A stretch of 64,000 nucleotides of DNA from Callorhinchus milii (Eukaryota): assembly GCF_018977255.1 (NCBI RefSeq), contig NW_024704742.1:77254001-77318000 (forward strand). The letters are read 5' to 3'. The notes beneath the pieces were generated by a model, which saw only the letters and a list, made by a program, of their open reading frames with translations, searched no databases and was not told the DNA's origin. This document shows, in pieces, positions 12,831-25,127 of this stretch. Both the position numbers and the translations under genes were made by a program. Positions within the stretch are counted from its first letter, which is position 1. The number at the start of each line of letters is the position of its first letter.

Positions 12831-13053
12831 CTGTGATGGCCAATTCAGGGCTCACAGGCCGCAAATGACCCACAGGGCTGTCAAGACATGGCCCACCGAA
12901 CATTCACACTAGTGAAGGTGAATCTGCTTTAAACTCATGTTTTGTTTGCAGTTTTTTCTTAATTGAATATTTCATGATTTATGACATGAATCAAGAAATA
13001 TTCAATCAAGAAGATTGATTGTGTTGGCTGACCATAAAGGTTGTCCACCACTA
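12831..13053. mobile_element. hAT-like MITE with internal palindrome, copy 1
   Basis: Ends ctgtgatggccaatt / aggttgtccaccacta; internal inverted repeat tcttaattgaatatttcatgattt...aatcaagaaatattcaatcaaga; homologous to 15482-15676. Confidence 0.65.
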
Positions 13054-14273
13054 ACTTAGAAAGTAGCTATTCATCCTATCCATCCAGAATACCCAGGAGC
13101 AAGTGGGCATTCTGGAAACCTTCATCGTTAGATCCACCTTCTCCTTCACAATCGGACAAATTTGACCATTGACCTTCAACTCGCCATTAAACCTTTGATG
13201 GTTATTTCCACAATTTTTTATGAATAAAAGCATTAGCTCTAGGGTTTATCGGAATAATTGATGGGACATGGAGAAAAAGCAGAAAAACTAAACTGGAAAG
13301 ATAAAATTGCCTTAAACAGCTAAAAATGCGCGGGATTCCTATGTTCCGCTAAATACAGGTTTAACATTTCTAGAGCAATCTATGTCTTCTTTGCTCTTTA
13401 TTTTACTTAGCATTTGTGGGACTTTGCTGACACACAATTAGCTGCTGTGTTTGCCTACCTAATGTTCTATATCGTGCAATTTATTATTTCCAGGTGATCA
13501 TCCTGATTTGATATTCATTGTAGATTATTTGCCTTTTGATTTTAGGTGAATGTAAAGGTTGACGGTATTTCCAAAGAATATGGGGTCTTTCTCCAACTCA
13601 TACTCCACTCTTAATCCCAAATTCCCCCAGATTCAAATTATTATTAATAATCATTTCCATATGTTGGCAGACTTACTAATGTCCATGTGTCAATACAACT
13701 TTTCTTGAATTCAGTGGTTAGTTCTGCCAAAAGAGAAAAATTCGGAAAGCGCTACCACCTGCCACCCAAGTGGCTGGTATGGAGTCCTGCTGGTCAAGAG
13801 GTGATGATTACTGCCTGCCTACCTGGTGTCCCTGTCCAGTGGTAAGAAACATTATGCACATTTCTTGCAGTTGCAGTGCATGGGCACCTCACCCAGTCGC
13901 TGTTTCCAGCATTGCAGTAAGCTGCTTAAAAAAGTTCCTCCCAGATGGTGCTTGCTCCCAACAATAAGTCCCTATTTCAGATTTCACACCCACTGGTGTC
14001 ATATATATGACAACATTACACATTGGATGAGTTCATGCCCTTACCTTTCAGGAAATCAGACCTGAATTGATATAATTGATAAGGAAAGGCATATTTTGCT
14101 CCAGACCCTGTAGTGTAGAAGTGAACAAGTCACGCTGGACATTACCTTTTACCTGCATGATAACTTCATGTCTGCATGGACATCCTGAATGGAAACTGAT
14201 TCAAACTGACATTTGAGTAAGTGTGGCTTGAAGCAGTGAGAAGACTACATTGGGAGGTGCTCTTAAAAATAAA

Positions 14274-14668
14274 ATAATAATCCTTACGTTTGATATAGCC
14301 TTTCACTCCGGGAGCATTTCACGGGGTATACTGTAAAGTGTAGTAACTATATTTTGTTGGTCAACATAGCAACTAATTTGCTGCAATGTCCCACAAACAG
14401 CCGTGGAGTGAGTAATAAATTTTATCTTGGGGATTGCCAGCCAGGATCTTGTGAGAATCTCCCTTCTCTTTTTGAAGAGTGTGATGGGATCTTTAACATT
14501 CTCTTGAACAGGTAGATGGGACCTCAGTTTAACATCTCATCTGAAGGATAGCACTTCCAACGTTGCAATGCTCCCCCCAGAGTTATAGTGTCAGCCTAGA
14601 CTATGGAGTTTAAACCCACAACCTTTTGACTCAGAAGCAAGAGAGCTACCAACTGAGTCAGGCTGACT
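14274..14668 (-). mobile_element. Full-length DeuSINE-type (SacSINE1/AmnSINE1-like) element
   Basis: tRNA-like head (cccacaaccttttgactcagaagcaagagagctaccaactgag), Deu domain (gggatctttaacat...gacctcagtttaacatctcatctgaagga) and L2-type tail. Confidence 0.8.
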
Positions 14669-15481
14669 CCTTGTAACAAGAAGGTCCCTCTTCTTACTGT
14701 GCACCCGCTGTAGAACGTTGGAGAATCATGTGAGGAGCAAAATTAAGATGAGATCATTCCTTTACAGAGAATAATCTCATTTATATTCCAATTTTTCAAA
14801 CAGCTAAATGGATCTTTAACAAAAGTCAAAGTGCATTGAGAATTAGACCAGCTCCCCCAGTGAGGATAGTTCAGAGGCTAAATTCTCTTCAATATGTGGG
14901 GAACAATCCTATGTATGGCTGTGAATGGTGATTGCTCCATATGAGTGCCTTGGGAGCTGGTTATAGTAACATTCTTAATTACTTTTTGCACAAAAAGGCT
15001 AAATGGCAAAAAATCAATTTTTATTGATTTATAAGCTGCTATACTTCAGTAAGTAAAGCAACTATTCCCGCTGAAATGGTCTAATCTGGTTAGCTACATC
15101 TGCAGGAGGAATTAGATGTTTCTGCCGGTTGAGGTTGCAAGTGGTTTATTCAAGTTCTGACGTCCTGTGCCATGTGGTGTGGGGATAGTGTGATCATTTT
15201 TGGATCTGTCCAACACAAACACTGCATTTATGGGATCACTTTCAAAATAAGCCTAAACATTCTTAGCATTATTGTAAACTCCACATCAGATTCAAAACAA
15301 ACAATATAAAATTACTAAATAAGCAGTTGAAATGTCTTGGATATCTTAACAAAATAATGATCCCTTAGCAAAACACCATGTTCTGAGAATGCCAATATTC
15401 TCTCGGCCAAATAGTAATCCTTGCATTTGATATAGCGCCTTATCACATCATCAAACCGCTTCACATGATTTTATTGTAAAG

Positions 15482-15676
15482 TAATGGTGACCAACCTGTG
15501 TCCTGTGGGGCTGTCAAGACGTAGCAACCCGATCACTCGTTTAGTGCGTGTAAGTCAGTGTTCAATTGCTGTTTTCAGTTTTTCCTTGATTGATTACTTC
15601 TAGATTTATGGCATAAATCAGGAAATAATCAATCAGGAACATTTATTTTATTGGCCAACCATAAAGGTTAGCAATG
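15482..15676. mobile_element. hAT-like MITE copy 2, inserted into a SINE tail
   Basis: Shares gggctgtcaagac, the internal palindrome and accataaaggtt with copy 1; interrupts a minus-strand SINE tail starting at 15416. Confidence 0.6.
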
Positions 15677-16719
15677 CTATAAAATGTAGTGAAGCATATT
15701 TGAATGTGATCTGAATGTGGCTGTTTGTTTGTGCACCACCTGGAAGGTGACGCAAATACTGCATTTATAGGACCACTTTCAAAGTGACCACTCCCATCTG
15801 TCCCACAACCAGCTATGAAATGAATGGTCAGTTTTTCTGGGGTACTGTTGGCCAGGGCACTGGGAGAAATTTCCTTCTCTTTTCAAGTCGTAGGATATTT
15901 AACATCCAGCTGAGAAGGCAAACAGGACTTGGTTCAATACTGGATATTTAACAGTGGGTATAAAATTCAGTGTTCACAACTGAATTCACAGAAGATTTGT
16001 AAATAAATGAATTGTGACTGCACTCAGATCAAGAGGGCCCATTGGATGTGGCAATCAATCCTCGCAGAGCAGAGCTCCTACAGGCTAGTGTGATATCTGG
16101 TTACCTGCAGGATCCAATATTTGGTCACTTCCCTCCGATCATCTCCTATCCTGTTCTCTCTGAAGTGTTCCAAGATGCTGTTCTACTGCAAAGGCACTAC
16201 ACAAGTGCAAGTTCTTGTTAATTCTTCAATTTCTTTTAAAGCAATATATGTAAGTAGAGGGCTTTATGAATGCTGCAACATTAGCGACTCAACATTTTGG
16301 AGGAGGTAACCAGGTTTACAAAATTCAACTTTCACAGTTACCTTGCCTCACTGACTTCAACACACTTCGGAAAGCTATCCTTTATTTGCTCCAGATGTTT
16401 ACAAGAGAATACATAGTTCCCTGGATATTAGAGATATTCAGGGTATGGTGAAAGGTTGGGCATAGGGATTATTAGATCTGCCAATATCTAATAAAATAGT
16501 GGTGCTGCCTTGATGGGTTGACTGGCTTTCTCCCGTTTCTTAAACAGTCTTTCTTGTAATGCAATATGCAGTTTACTTTTTGTTCATTATGTCCCAGGGC
16601 ACTGCAATATGTTACTGAGGTCAGCAACTAGGTGGGTTGCAATCATTCAGTCAGTCACTAGGTGACACTCCAGTCAGTCACTTAGAGTTATTGCAGTCAC
16701 TGATTTAAGCAAAAACATG

Positions 16720-17230
16720 AGAGATCCAGATCAAGAAGGTCTACCAGCCCATTTGAGCTCATCCCTTCAGAATATCCAGTTTACCATTCTGCCATCACAG
16801 CATTACGCTGTTTTTTAAACCAATCCAGTGCCCTGGCCTTAAGTACTTTTCCTGGTAATCTGTTCCGATCATTAACAACTTTCTGGATAAAGAAATACTT
16901 CCTGGTGTCTGGCCTGAATTACTCTAAAACCTGTGACCTCTGTTATCTCAGTATATCTGAAAGTATTGTTCTGAGTTCACTTTTTCGATCCCATTTAAAA
17001 TTGTGTATGCCAGAATGTCGCTTCTGAAATTATTCCTTTCAAGAGTGAAGAGGCCTTACTTGTCTAGTCATTGCTTGTATCTCATTCCTTTTAACACTGG
17101 GATCATCTTCATTGCTGTCTTCTGCATTGCCTCTCAGACCTGGGTAATTCGCTTAAGTCATGCCGACCAGAACTGTATGCAGTACTTAGGTGCAGTCCAA
17201 CCAGAGAACTATGCAGCCTGAGTATGATTC
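16720..17230 (-). mobile_element. Old CR1 3' fragment
   Basis: gaccagaactgtatgcagtactt (EYCIQFW-like on the minus strand) and a tail resembling 19970-20130 and 22660-22800. Confidence 0.65.
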
Positions 17231-17421
17231 CTGGGGATCTGAAACTGTGTCACTCAGTCAGTCAGAGAGTTGTTGTTGTCAATCACAGGGTGGGTGGATT
17301 GAAGAAATTAGTGTACCCATACAGTTTGAGATGTAGTATCAGTAGTCCATGAGAGAGGGGCAACAGAGGAATATGGGGGAGAATAAGGAGGGAGGAATTA
17401 AGATTGGAGGCTAATGTAGAG

Positions 17422-17796
17422 TAGGGTTGTCCAATACGTTAGCTACCAGTCACATGTGGCTAATTGGGAATACAGATGTGGCAAAATTGCATTTTTGATT
17501 AGTTTTAAAAAAAAGTAATAGTCACCATCGTTGGGCAAGTGATCTCAGTTCTCATACTTGCACAGCTTTTGCATGTGTACTTTTTGTATATTTGTTAGTG
17601 AAATGGTAAGAAGGAAATAAAAAGACTGCAATGTTTCACACTGAATGGTGGTAGATATTTAAGTAAATATAAATGTAAATACACATGTATTGTAAGCAAA
17701 GTAATCTTACCTGTATTCTACTGAAATTTAAAGCGTGTGGCTAAAATGGTGTCACTGCTATGACTAGTCAGTGACTATTTCTATTGGACAATACTG
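17422..17796. mobile_element. Non-autonomous hAT-Charlie (MER3/MER33-like) element inserted in a CR1 3' UTR
   Basis: TIRs tagggttgtccaata / tattggacaatactg; TSD atgtagag / ttgtagac; the flanks rejoin into a CR1-like tail. Confidence 0.75.
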
Positions 17797-18164
17797 TTGT
17801 AGACCATCAACACTGGCATAAACTGGTTCAGTCAAATGGCAGGTTTTGATGCTGTAGATTGTATGCTATATTGTAAACTCCACATCCACAGATTCAAAAC
17901 AAACATGTATGTAGTCATGTCACATTGTACATGTACAACTTTCAGCGTAGGTCACACAGCTCAGAGTTACATTAACTATAATCCTTACATTTGATATGAC
18001 ATGAATATAAATATTTTGCAGGATTTTACTGTAAAGTATAGGCACTGTTTGTGGGTGACTACTCGTTTGAAGACTGAGTACTTTTGGAGCATTTCAGCAC
18101 CTGCACTGACCCAGGGATCCATGCATGTTTTGTGGCATTACCAATTTCAGCGTGATGGGTGCAA

Positions 18165-18258
18165 ATGCAGTAAGGGACCAACCGTCACCAGAGGTCACTG
18201 CAGTCACTCAATCTTCAGTGAAGCTGCGAATACCCAAATTGAGCCACGAGATGGCACT
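18165..18258 (+). promoter_or_regulatory. Two tandem forward CTCF-like motifs with upstream TGCAGT-type module
   Basis: TCACCAGAGGTCACT (18185-18199) has TGCAGT 13 nt upstream; CCACGAGATGGCACT (18244-18258) is preceded by ctgcgaatacccaaattgag. Confidence 0.45.
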
Positions 18259-20458
18259 GCATTCAGACTGGGTGACTGCAATTGCTCAGTTGATGGGTGG
18301 AATTGCAATTAATTGAGGGCGCTGGCTGTGGTTGGTGCCCCTGTCCGTGGTGGTGGGGGGGGTGGGGTTGCTGTGGTCATTGAGTCTGTCAGTGGGGGGC
18401 ACTGTGGTCAGGGACCCTGTCAGTAGTGCGTGTATACCTTGTACATACTCTTGAGATAAAATTGGTCATTGACTTCATGATTGTTTGCGGGACATTGCTG
18501 TGTGCAATTCTGCCTTTGAAACACAGTCACTGCACTTTAAACAAAATCCTTTGAAGCACTTTGAGACATTCTCCTGAAATGAAAGGTACTACATCAAATC
18601 TAAGGATTACTTTTCTAAATTCATGTTGAAAATATTGATTTCATAATAAAAAATAATATCTTGCACCAAAACTATGATTAATTGCCAATGGAGCAGGATA
18701 TTTTCAGTCACTGTAGTTTGGGTTTTCCGGCAATTTACACTCTGATACTTCTGATTATCTTCAAGCGACTGCCTGAAAGCCTGATAACTGCAGAGACCGA
18801 CAGTCCAAATACATGCGTTAGTTATGAATACAGGAGACGTATCTGAGCTGTCAATTGTCACCCATTTGTTGTGATACTCTTTTTTTGGGGGAAGTACATT
18901 TCTCTGAGTTCGTTTTATTTAACAGCTATATTGCTTTTGATATATTTGAAGTCTGTGTCAGTATTTTTTTTTGGAAAGCACACACACACACACACACTGC
19001 TTTCTCGGTCTGACCTTGGCCATACAGAATGTCTTTATATTGATTTATGAACGGGAGAGAGAAGGGGAAATAATCGCACTTAATCTGCATGGGAGGACGG
19101 TTGCTCTGTTTTCTATTTTAGCTCTCAACTCTGTAGAAACAATGTGCTGCAAAGGGTGATTATTTATGAAAGGTTGTGGTGCCACCTCACGTCTGTTAAA
19201 CATTGTTTGAAAAGAGGTCAAATGGTTCTATTTTAACGCAATGTTTGGAAGCCCTGTGACATATAATGGGGCTCTATGGTATTATAACGCAGGTTCATTT
19301 ACAACTTATGATTGAGGTTCAGCCCTTGACATTGTATTTATCAAAAAGTCCGATACAAGTACAAAAAGCAGACCAACTCCATCGGCATGCATTAGGCCTC
19401 AACTCGTATTGTCTTTTGAAACACAACAGCGCCAGAAGCATGATAAAGCAGTTTGAAACCAGATGAACCAAGCTGGCTGGTTTTCTGTGTACATGTCCAG
19501 TCTCTATGATCGATGACATCACAACATGGAAGTGCTGACCAGTGATTATAAAGGGAGTTTGAATTTGGTGGGATATCATCTACCATGCTATAACAGACTC
19601 TACTGTATTCATTAATTAATATTCAGAGCCAGGCAAGCCTGGGTGTTAACAGCCACGTTAGGGCTTGATGTTGCAAGGTTGAGATCAACACTCTACCTCC
19701 GAAAGTTTGCTTTCAATTCCTGTAGACTTACTTTGCTTCACCAAGCACGTCTCCTCAGAGATGCTCTCACTCCAGCTCTCTCTCCTGGAGGATTCTTTCA
19801 AAGCCGGCCTTTTAGGGTCAACCTCAAAAGGGTGAAGGGCTGAACCCATCAGCTTTCTGTTCCAAGATTGATCAACTCAGCTACCCCAGATGGAAAATGA
19901 ACCAACGGATTGGATTGGGATGTTTTCCAGTGTACTTATCTTTGGGATCTCCATTTCTGTGACCTTACAAAATCACAAGATTAGTCTGGACGAAGGAGAC
20001 CCTTCAGCCCATCTGAACTCATCCTTCCAGGACACCCACGCTATTGTCCCATGCCCCCACCCCCTCCCTTTTCCTAGCAACCTGCTACAGTCGTTAATTA
20101 TTTTTAAGTAAAGAATAACTTCCTGGTGTTGGGCATGACCTGCCCCACTATTGAACCTCACTCAGTCCAATAGATACAACCCACTGTACAAATGACGCAG
20201 ACATTATTGGGAAACGGAAAAAGAGAATTGTTTACTGCCAGTTTGATGTTTATCTAGCCTAAGAGTGGACAATTTGTTACTGCACATCCCCATGAGCTGA
20301 ACTGTCCAGACTACAATAAGGGCTTCAAATATCATCTAAATTTCAGGAGTCACCCCATCAGGGGTTTGGTGTCTGTAATACTAGTGGCTGAGTAAAATTT
20401 AAAATGTCAGATTTCCAGATAGTGAGTGTTGGCAGGCTATTTGAGTGCATTGTAACTG

Positions 20459-21782
20459 CTCTTCTGTAAGATTACTGCCTTGTAATCACTCCCAGGTATC
20501 CATTATTGTCTGCATAAATAACACAGGCCTTTTGATGTGAATGTTGGCTTTGTAGTTACTTCCAGGTACTCATTCTTCTCTATATTTAACATCACTATTA
20601 TCCATCACTTGCAGCATGTGGCCTGCCATATGCACCGGCTCACAATATGCAAGTTTAAAGTAAAAAGGAAGTGAACTTTGCAATAAAGCATTGGATGGCA
20701 GAATTACGATGTGTATAGGGACATTACGTGGGTTGGTTGTAGGTATGTAAATGAATTGACTTGTCTTTGTGCGAGTTTGGACAATGACTGGGTTTTCAAG
20801 GGAAAATGCGGTCGTTGTGCTTTACTGATCCTGAGTGTATAACTCTGATCAAGTTGAGCTGTTGATCTAATTAAATTATTTCTAAGGGTGTTTAGGAGTT
20901 TTCCTGCTTCCTACTCCTCTTTCCCCCTCCTCCACTTTGTTTAAAAGTTGAGACTTCTGCTGAACCACATTTCTACAGCCACCCAGCTGGTAACTCGTCC
21001 AAGCCACCATTTCCCAAGTGTGAATCTATATAATGAAGCCAATGCAATCATTCCATTCCTTAGATGGCATCAACATGTGCACTTTTCAGTTGAGATAATG
21101 GTGAAGAAATTAATCTTTGGCTAATCATCCCTTCTCTACCCCTACCCCCGCTTGGTCGTGGAAGAAATAATTGTGTCTCCACTGCCCCTTACCCCCAACA
21201 ATTTTCAGCCAGCTCGGTACAAACCAGGAATAGAACTGTTTTCCTGTGCAATGTTCAGTTCCATACTAAGTATTTTTTACCGTCACAAAAATATTTTATT
21301 AAACTTTCTGGGATTAAGCAAGCAAAGTGCCTTCCTCAAAGGGAGAGTGTGACTAGACAAACTGAAGCCATACACATGTAGAATTCTCAATAGTTTGGTA
21401 GTGCAGCTCTTAAGTATAGTGTGTCATAGACAGTCAGCTGACTAAAACTACTGTGGAGGAGAAGGTATAATTCACAAGTGAAACTCGATTCATTTACCCA
21501 CCCACGCAATGCTCCTATATACATTGTAATTCTGCCATCTAATGCTTTATCGCAACGCTCACTTCCTTTTACTGTACTTTTAACTTGCAGATTGCTAGCC
21601 GGTGCATATGGCAGGCCACATGCTGCAAGTGATGGATAATAGTGATGTTAAATACTGTATAGAGAAGAATGAGCCCCTGGACGTGACTACAAAGCCAGCA
21701 TTCAGATCAAAAGGTTTGGGTGATTTATACAGGGAATAATGGATACCTTGGAGTGATTACAAGGCAGCAATTTTATAGAGAG
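20459..21782. repeat. Long inverted repeat: arms ~20459-20772 and ~21472-21782
   Basis: Arms align by eye as reverse complements; 20583-20640 is the exact reverse complement of 21597-21654. Confidence 0.92.
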
Positions 21783-22384
21783 GGTCGAGGCAGCTTTTTA
21801 TATATAATATGGGAAGAAAAATGAAGTATATAATCATATGACATACCACTTTCCCCCTAATACACAGAAGAGTGGATTCTGTCATCAGCAATGGTTACAA
21901 GGCAGTAATCCTGTTAAGAAGTTAGGATACTGTACTTGGGGGTAATTTCAAGGTGGCAATCTCATAGAGGATTGTATGGTTTACAGATAGAATATGATAT
22001 CTGGGCATGTTTACAAGACAGTAATCCCATTGAAGAGCTTGGATGGGACCATACACCCGAGAGTAAGTGTCTGAGCATCTTTCAAGCATCCTTTAAACTG
22101 TGATATGAGTTTGCAGCCTGAAATTCACTGCCTGGTATCTATTGAAAGAAGAGAATGTGGAGATATGAATGTATAAGCACATTTAACACACTTCTGACAC
22201 AATAATGCTAATTGTAAAGTGTTCAAAGGCATAGGAGGTGGGTGGCTAGGGTAAGAGGGTCTCAGCCTTCCCACCCCCACCCATATCTATCCACAGACAA
22301 TCGCTTTAAGAGGAGCAGGGTGGGGAAAGCCGTGGTCCCTGGGGAGGGACCGCAGTCAGTCCTCCAAGCAGCTCCAACCTGCAA

Positions 22385-22605
22385 CCTCGTCCAGGAGACG
22401 AGGAGAAACTTCCTTCACTTTTCAAAAGGTGACAAGAGATCTTTAATATCCACCTGAACAGGCAGACGGGTTTAATGTCTCATTCAAAGAATGTCACCTC
22501 CAATAATGTATCATGTCCCAGCACTGCATAATCAGTTTAGACCAAGTTCCACTTCCTGATGTGGGGCTTGAACCCACAACCTTCTGACTTGGAGGGGAGA
22601 CTCAT
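22385..22605 (-). mobile_element. DeuSINE 5' half
   Basis: gatctttaatatccacctgaacaggcagacggg...ggggcttgaacccacaaccttctgact. Confidence 0.75.
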
Positions 22606-22917
22606 ACAACTGTAACTCAATTCATTGCGGCAAATCTTTTCTTAATTTCCTGATTTACTTTGACGGAAGGATCCATCAGGAGGGGTGGTGGAGGCAGAGA
22701 CACTGGGATCATTGAAGAAATGGATGGATGCTGTAATGGAAAGAGTTGGTATTCTGGAAGAATGAGATCAAATGGGCCCCAGGAACTTGTCTAGCCCAAA
22801 CTCTACTGTATTGAAGTGGCACCAACAGTAGGATCTTAAAAAATTATTGAACTTTTTACTTGCGTCTGTCTCTGTATCTTTTTATGTCCCTGTTTGAATC
22901 CTGAGTACAAGGTGACC

Positions 22918-23150
22918 AACAACAACTTGCATTCATATAGCGCTCCTCATCCTGACTGTAGCATCCCAGAGAGCTTGACAGTGGCGGAGCACGACGCGGA
23001 GCCTGGGAGAGGGGGAGGTGACTGTAGGCACGGTCAAAGAGGAATGTCTTCAGGCACGACCTGAAGATGGGGAAGGAAGGGGCAAGGCAGAGGGATAGAG
23101 GGAGATCGTTACAGTGTTTTGGGGCATAGTGGCTGAAAGCGCGGCCACCA
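22918..23150 (-). mobile_element. L2 3' end, second tail type
   Basis: Reverse complement gctccgccactgtcaagctctctgggatgctac...gcgctatatgaatgcaagttgttgtt; matches positions 1-72. Confidence 0.75.
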
Positions 23151-25076
23151 ATTTGACCAGAGAAGAAAGGGGAGAAGGGAGGAATGACTGAGTCCAGGGA
23201 GGAAACTGAATTGCACAGTTAAACTGGCTTAATGAAAATATCTCTTCTGGAACTAATTCAGTTTCTTTGCACTGTCGGGCCCTGTAGTTCCTTCAAGCCA
23301 GGCTCAATCATTTGGTATTTAAACAAAAAAAGATTCCAAAATTAAACTGCAGAAAGACGGAATGAAAGGTTGGTGGTAATTCATTATATAACCGTTTAAT
23401 TTTTTTTTGCTTAACAAAAGCTATTGAACTTGGCACTCGTTTAATGCTCAAATGGCCAAAATGATAGTGGCTTAAGTCTTTAGAATATTAAATGAGAAAG
23501 CACAGCTTTGCAGCTAACCCCTTGCAGCGGATAGAGAGGGAGGGATCCGCATCAAAACACAACAGCAACTTGCACGATTTTGACACGGTGAGCAAACAGA
23601 TCCACAGTTTTGCGTGGTGTTTTTTTTTGGTATTCCCAGCCAAGCATGTTTGTGAATTTAAAACTAAGTCGACAATGGATCGCTTGTCCTTCCCAAACTC
23701 CAGACAGTCCCCCTGTTTTGCACCATGCAGGAGGATGCCCCGTGTTAACATTTTGGCAGAAAATACGTGTCTTGCAAAAAGGAGTTTTTTTATTTTTGTT
23801 TCCCAGATTTTTTTTTAAAAAAAGGGGGGACGCTGAAATGACTCATGTGCTACCTTGGAGAGAAGGCGATGTTGATTTTAAAAGTGTAGCAGTGGTTGAG
23901 CATGAGAACAGTATTGTGCGCTGCAACAGAGTTGTTTGCAGCTTCACTGATAGCAGAGGATAAAACTCAGAGCATCTGAACGCACAGATTCTGCTCTGGA
24001 ATAAAATGCAGACAGCTGAGTAAAACGTGAGGCGATGAGCGATCCTGGGCTTACATATACCGTCTGGCCAATGCAAGGTGTGTGCTGGAATTGGGGGTCA
24101 TCAACCAACAAATATCACGAAGCAATAGGTGTCATTGAACATATGATGTCGGATCATGTCATGTCTGTGTTGGAAACAAAAGTGGGAGAATGATGCATGA
24201 GCTGAGAAATGAGTGTTTGGAAACAGTCACGTCAGTGGCCCCCAGTTATAATGTAGGCAGGATCTTAACTCTCAGTCGACGTTTGTTTTAAATTTAAAAA
24301 AAAAAGTTTCCTAATGTCACTGATGTGCGGCCTCTTTAAGAACTCGTCCAGATCCACTTTGAATTTCAATGAGGTTTTCTAGACTGTGCAACTCTCACGA
24401 AAGATTGGGGAACTCTCTTTGCCAGCCGATTGGATCGTGCTATTTTTATTAACTATCTCCAGTGCCTCCCATCAGTTACCCAAATGTCAATTATCCCAAA
24501 ATGTTCAATTATCCAAATTTGCTTTACAGAATTGCCCCTCTGTATCTGCTGCATTCTGCCGACATCGCACTCAGTAACAGTCATTGAAACTGACTGAATG
24601 AGTGAGTCATGGGGGCTATTGTGTGTGATTGATGTGCCTCTAAATACGATCGTGCTGCAAAAGTAAAGGTTGTACCTCCCAAAAGAGGATCACCCCGTGT
24701 TTGAAAAACACCAGCAAACTGAAAAAAATACAATTCCGTGAATCTTCTTTTGAATGACCGTATTTTTTCGTCCACCTGAATGCGGCCGCAGTTAGTGTAG
24801 ATGAGTGATGGGACTACACCAATTAACCAATAGCTAGTGCTGTGCCTGTAAATGCTGGAGGTGACAGAGAGCTCCAGTGCTGGTCTGGCCTCAGCCTTTA
24901 ATCAAAGTGCAAAGAGCTGTTTATCGATGAGAGCACTGGCGGACAGAACAGAAGTTATTGTCACTTTTAGGCTGCATTTGAATATAAAATTGCAAGTTTT
25001 CCGCTGCCTGGAAAATCAAACCCATTTGCCTGTAAAGTTTGCTGCTCTTGTTGTCCTAGAGTCGTGCAATGCAGCC

Positions 25077-25094
25077 GTGTGTGTGTGTGCTCTG

Positions 25095-25127
<33 letters not shown>

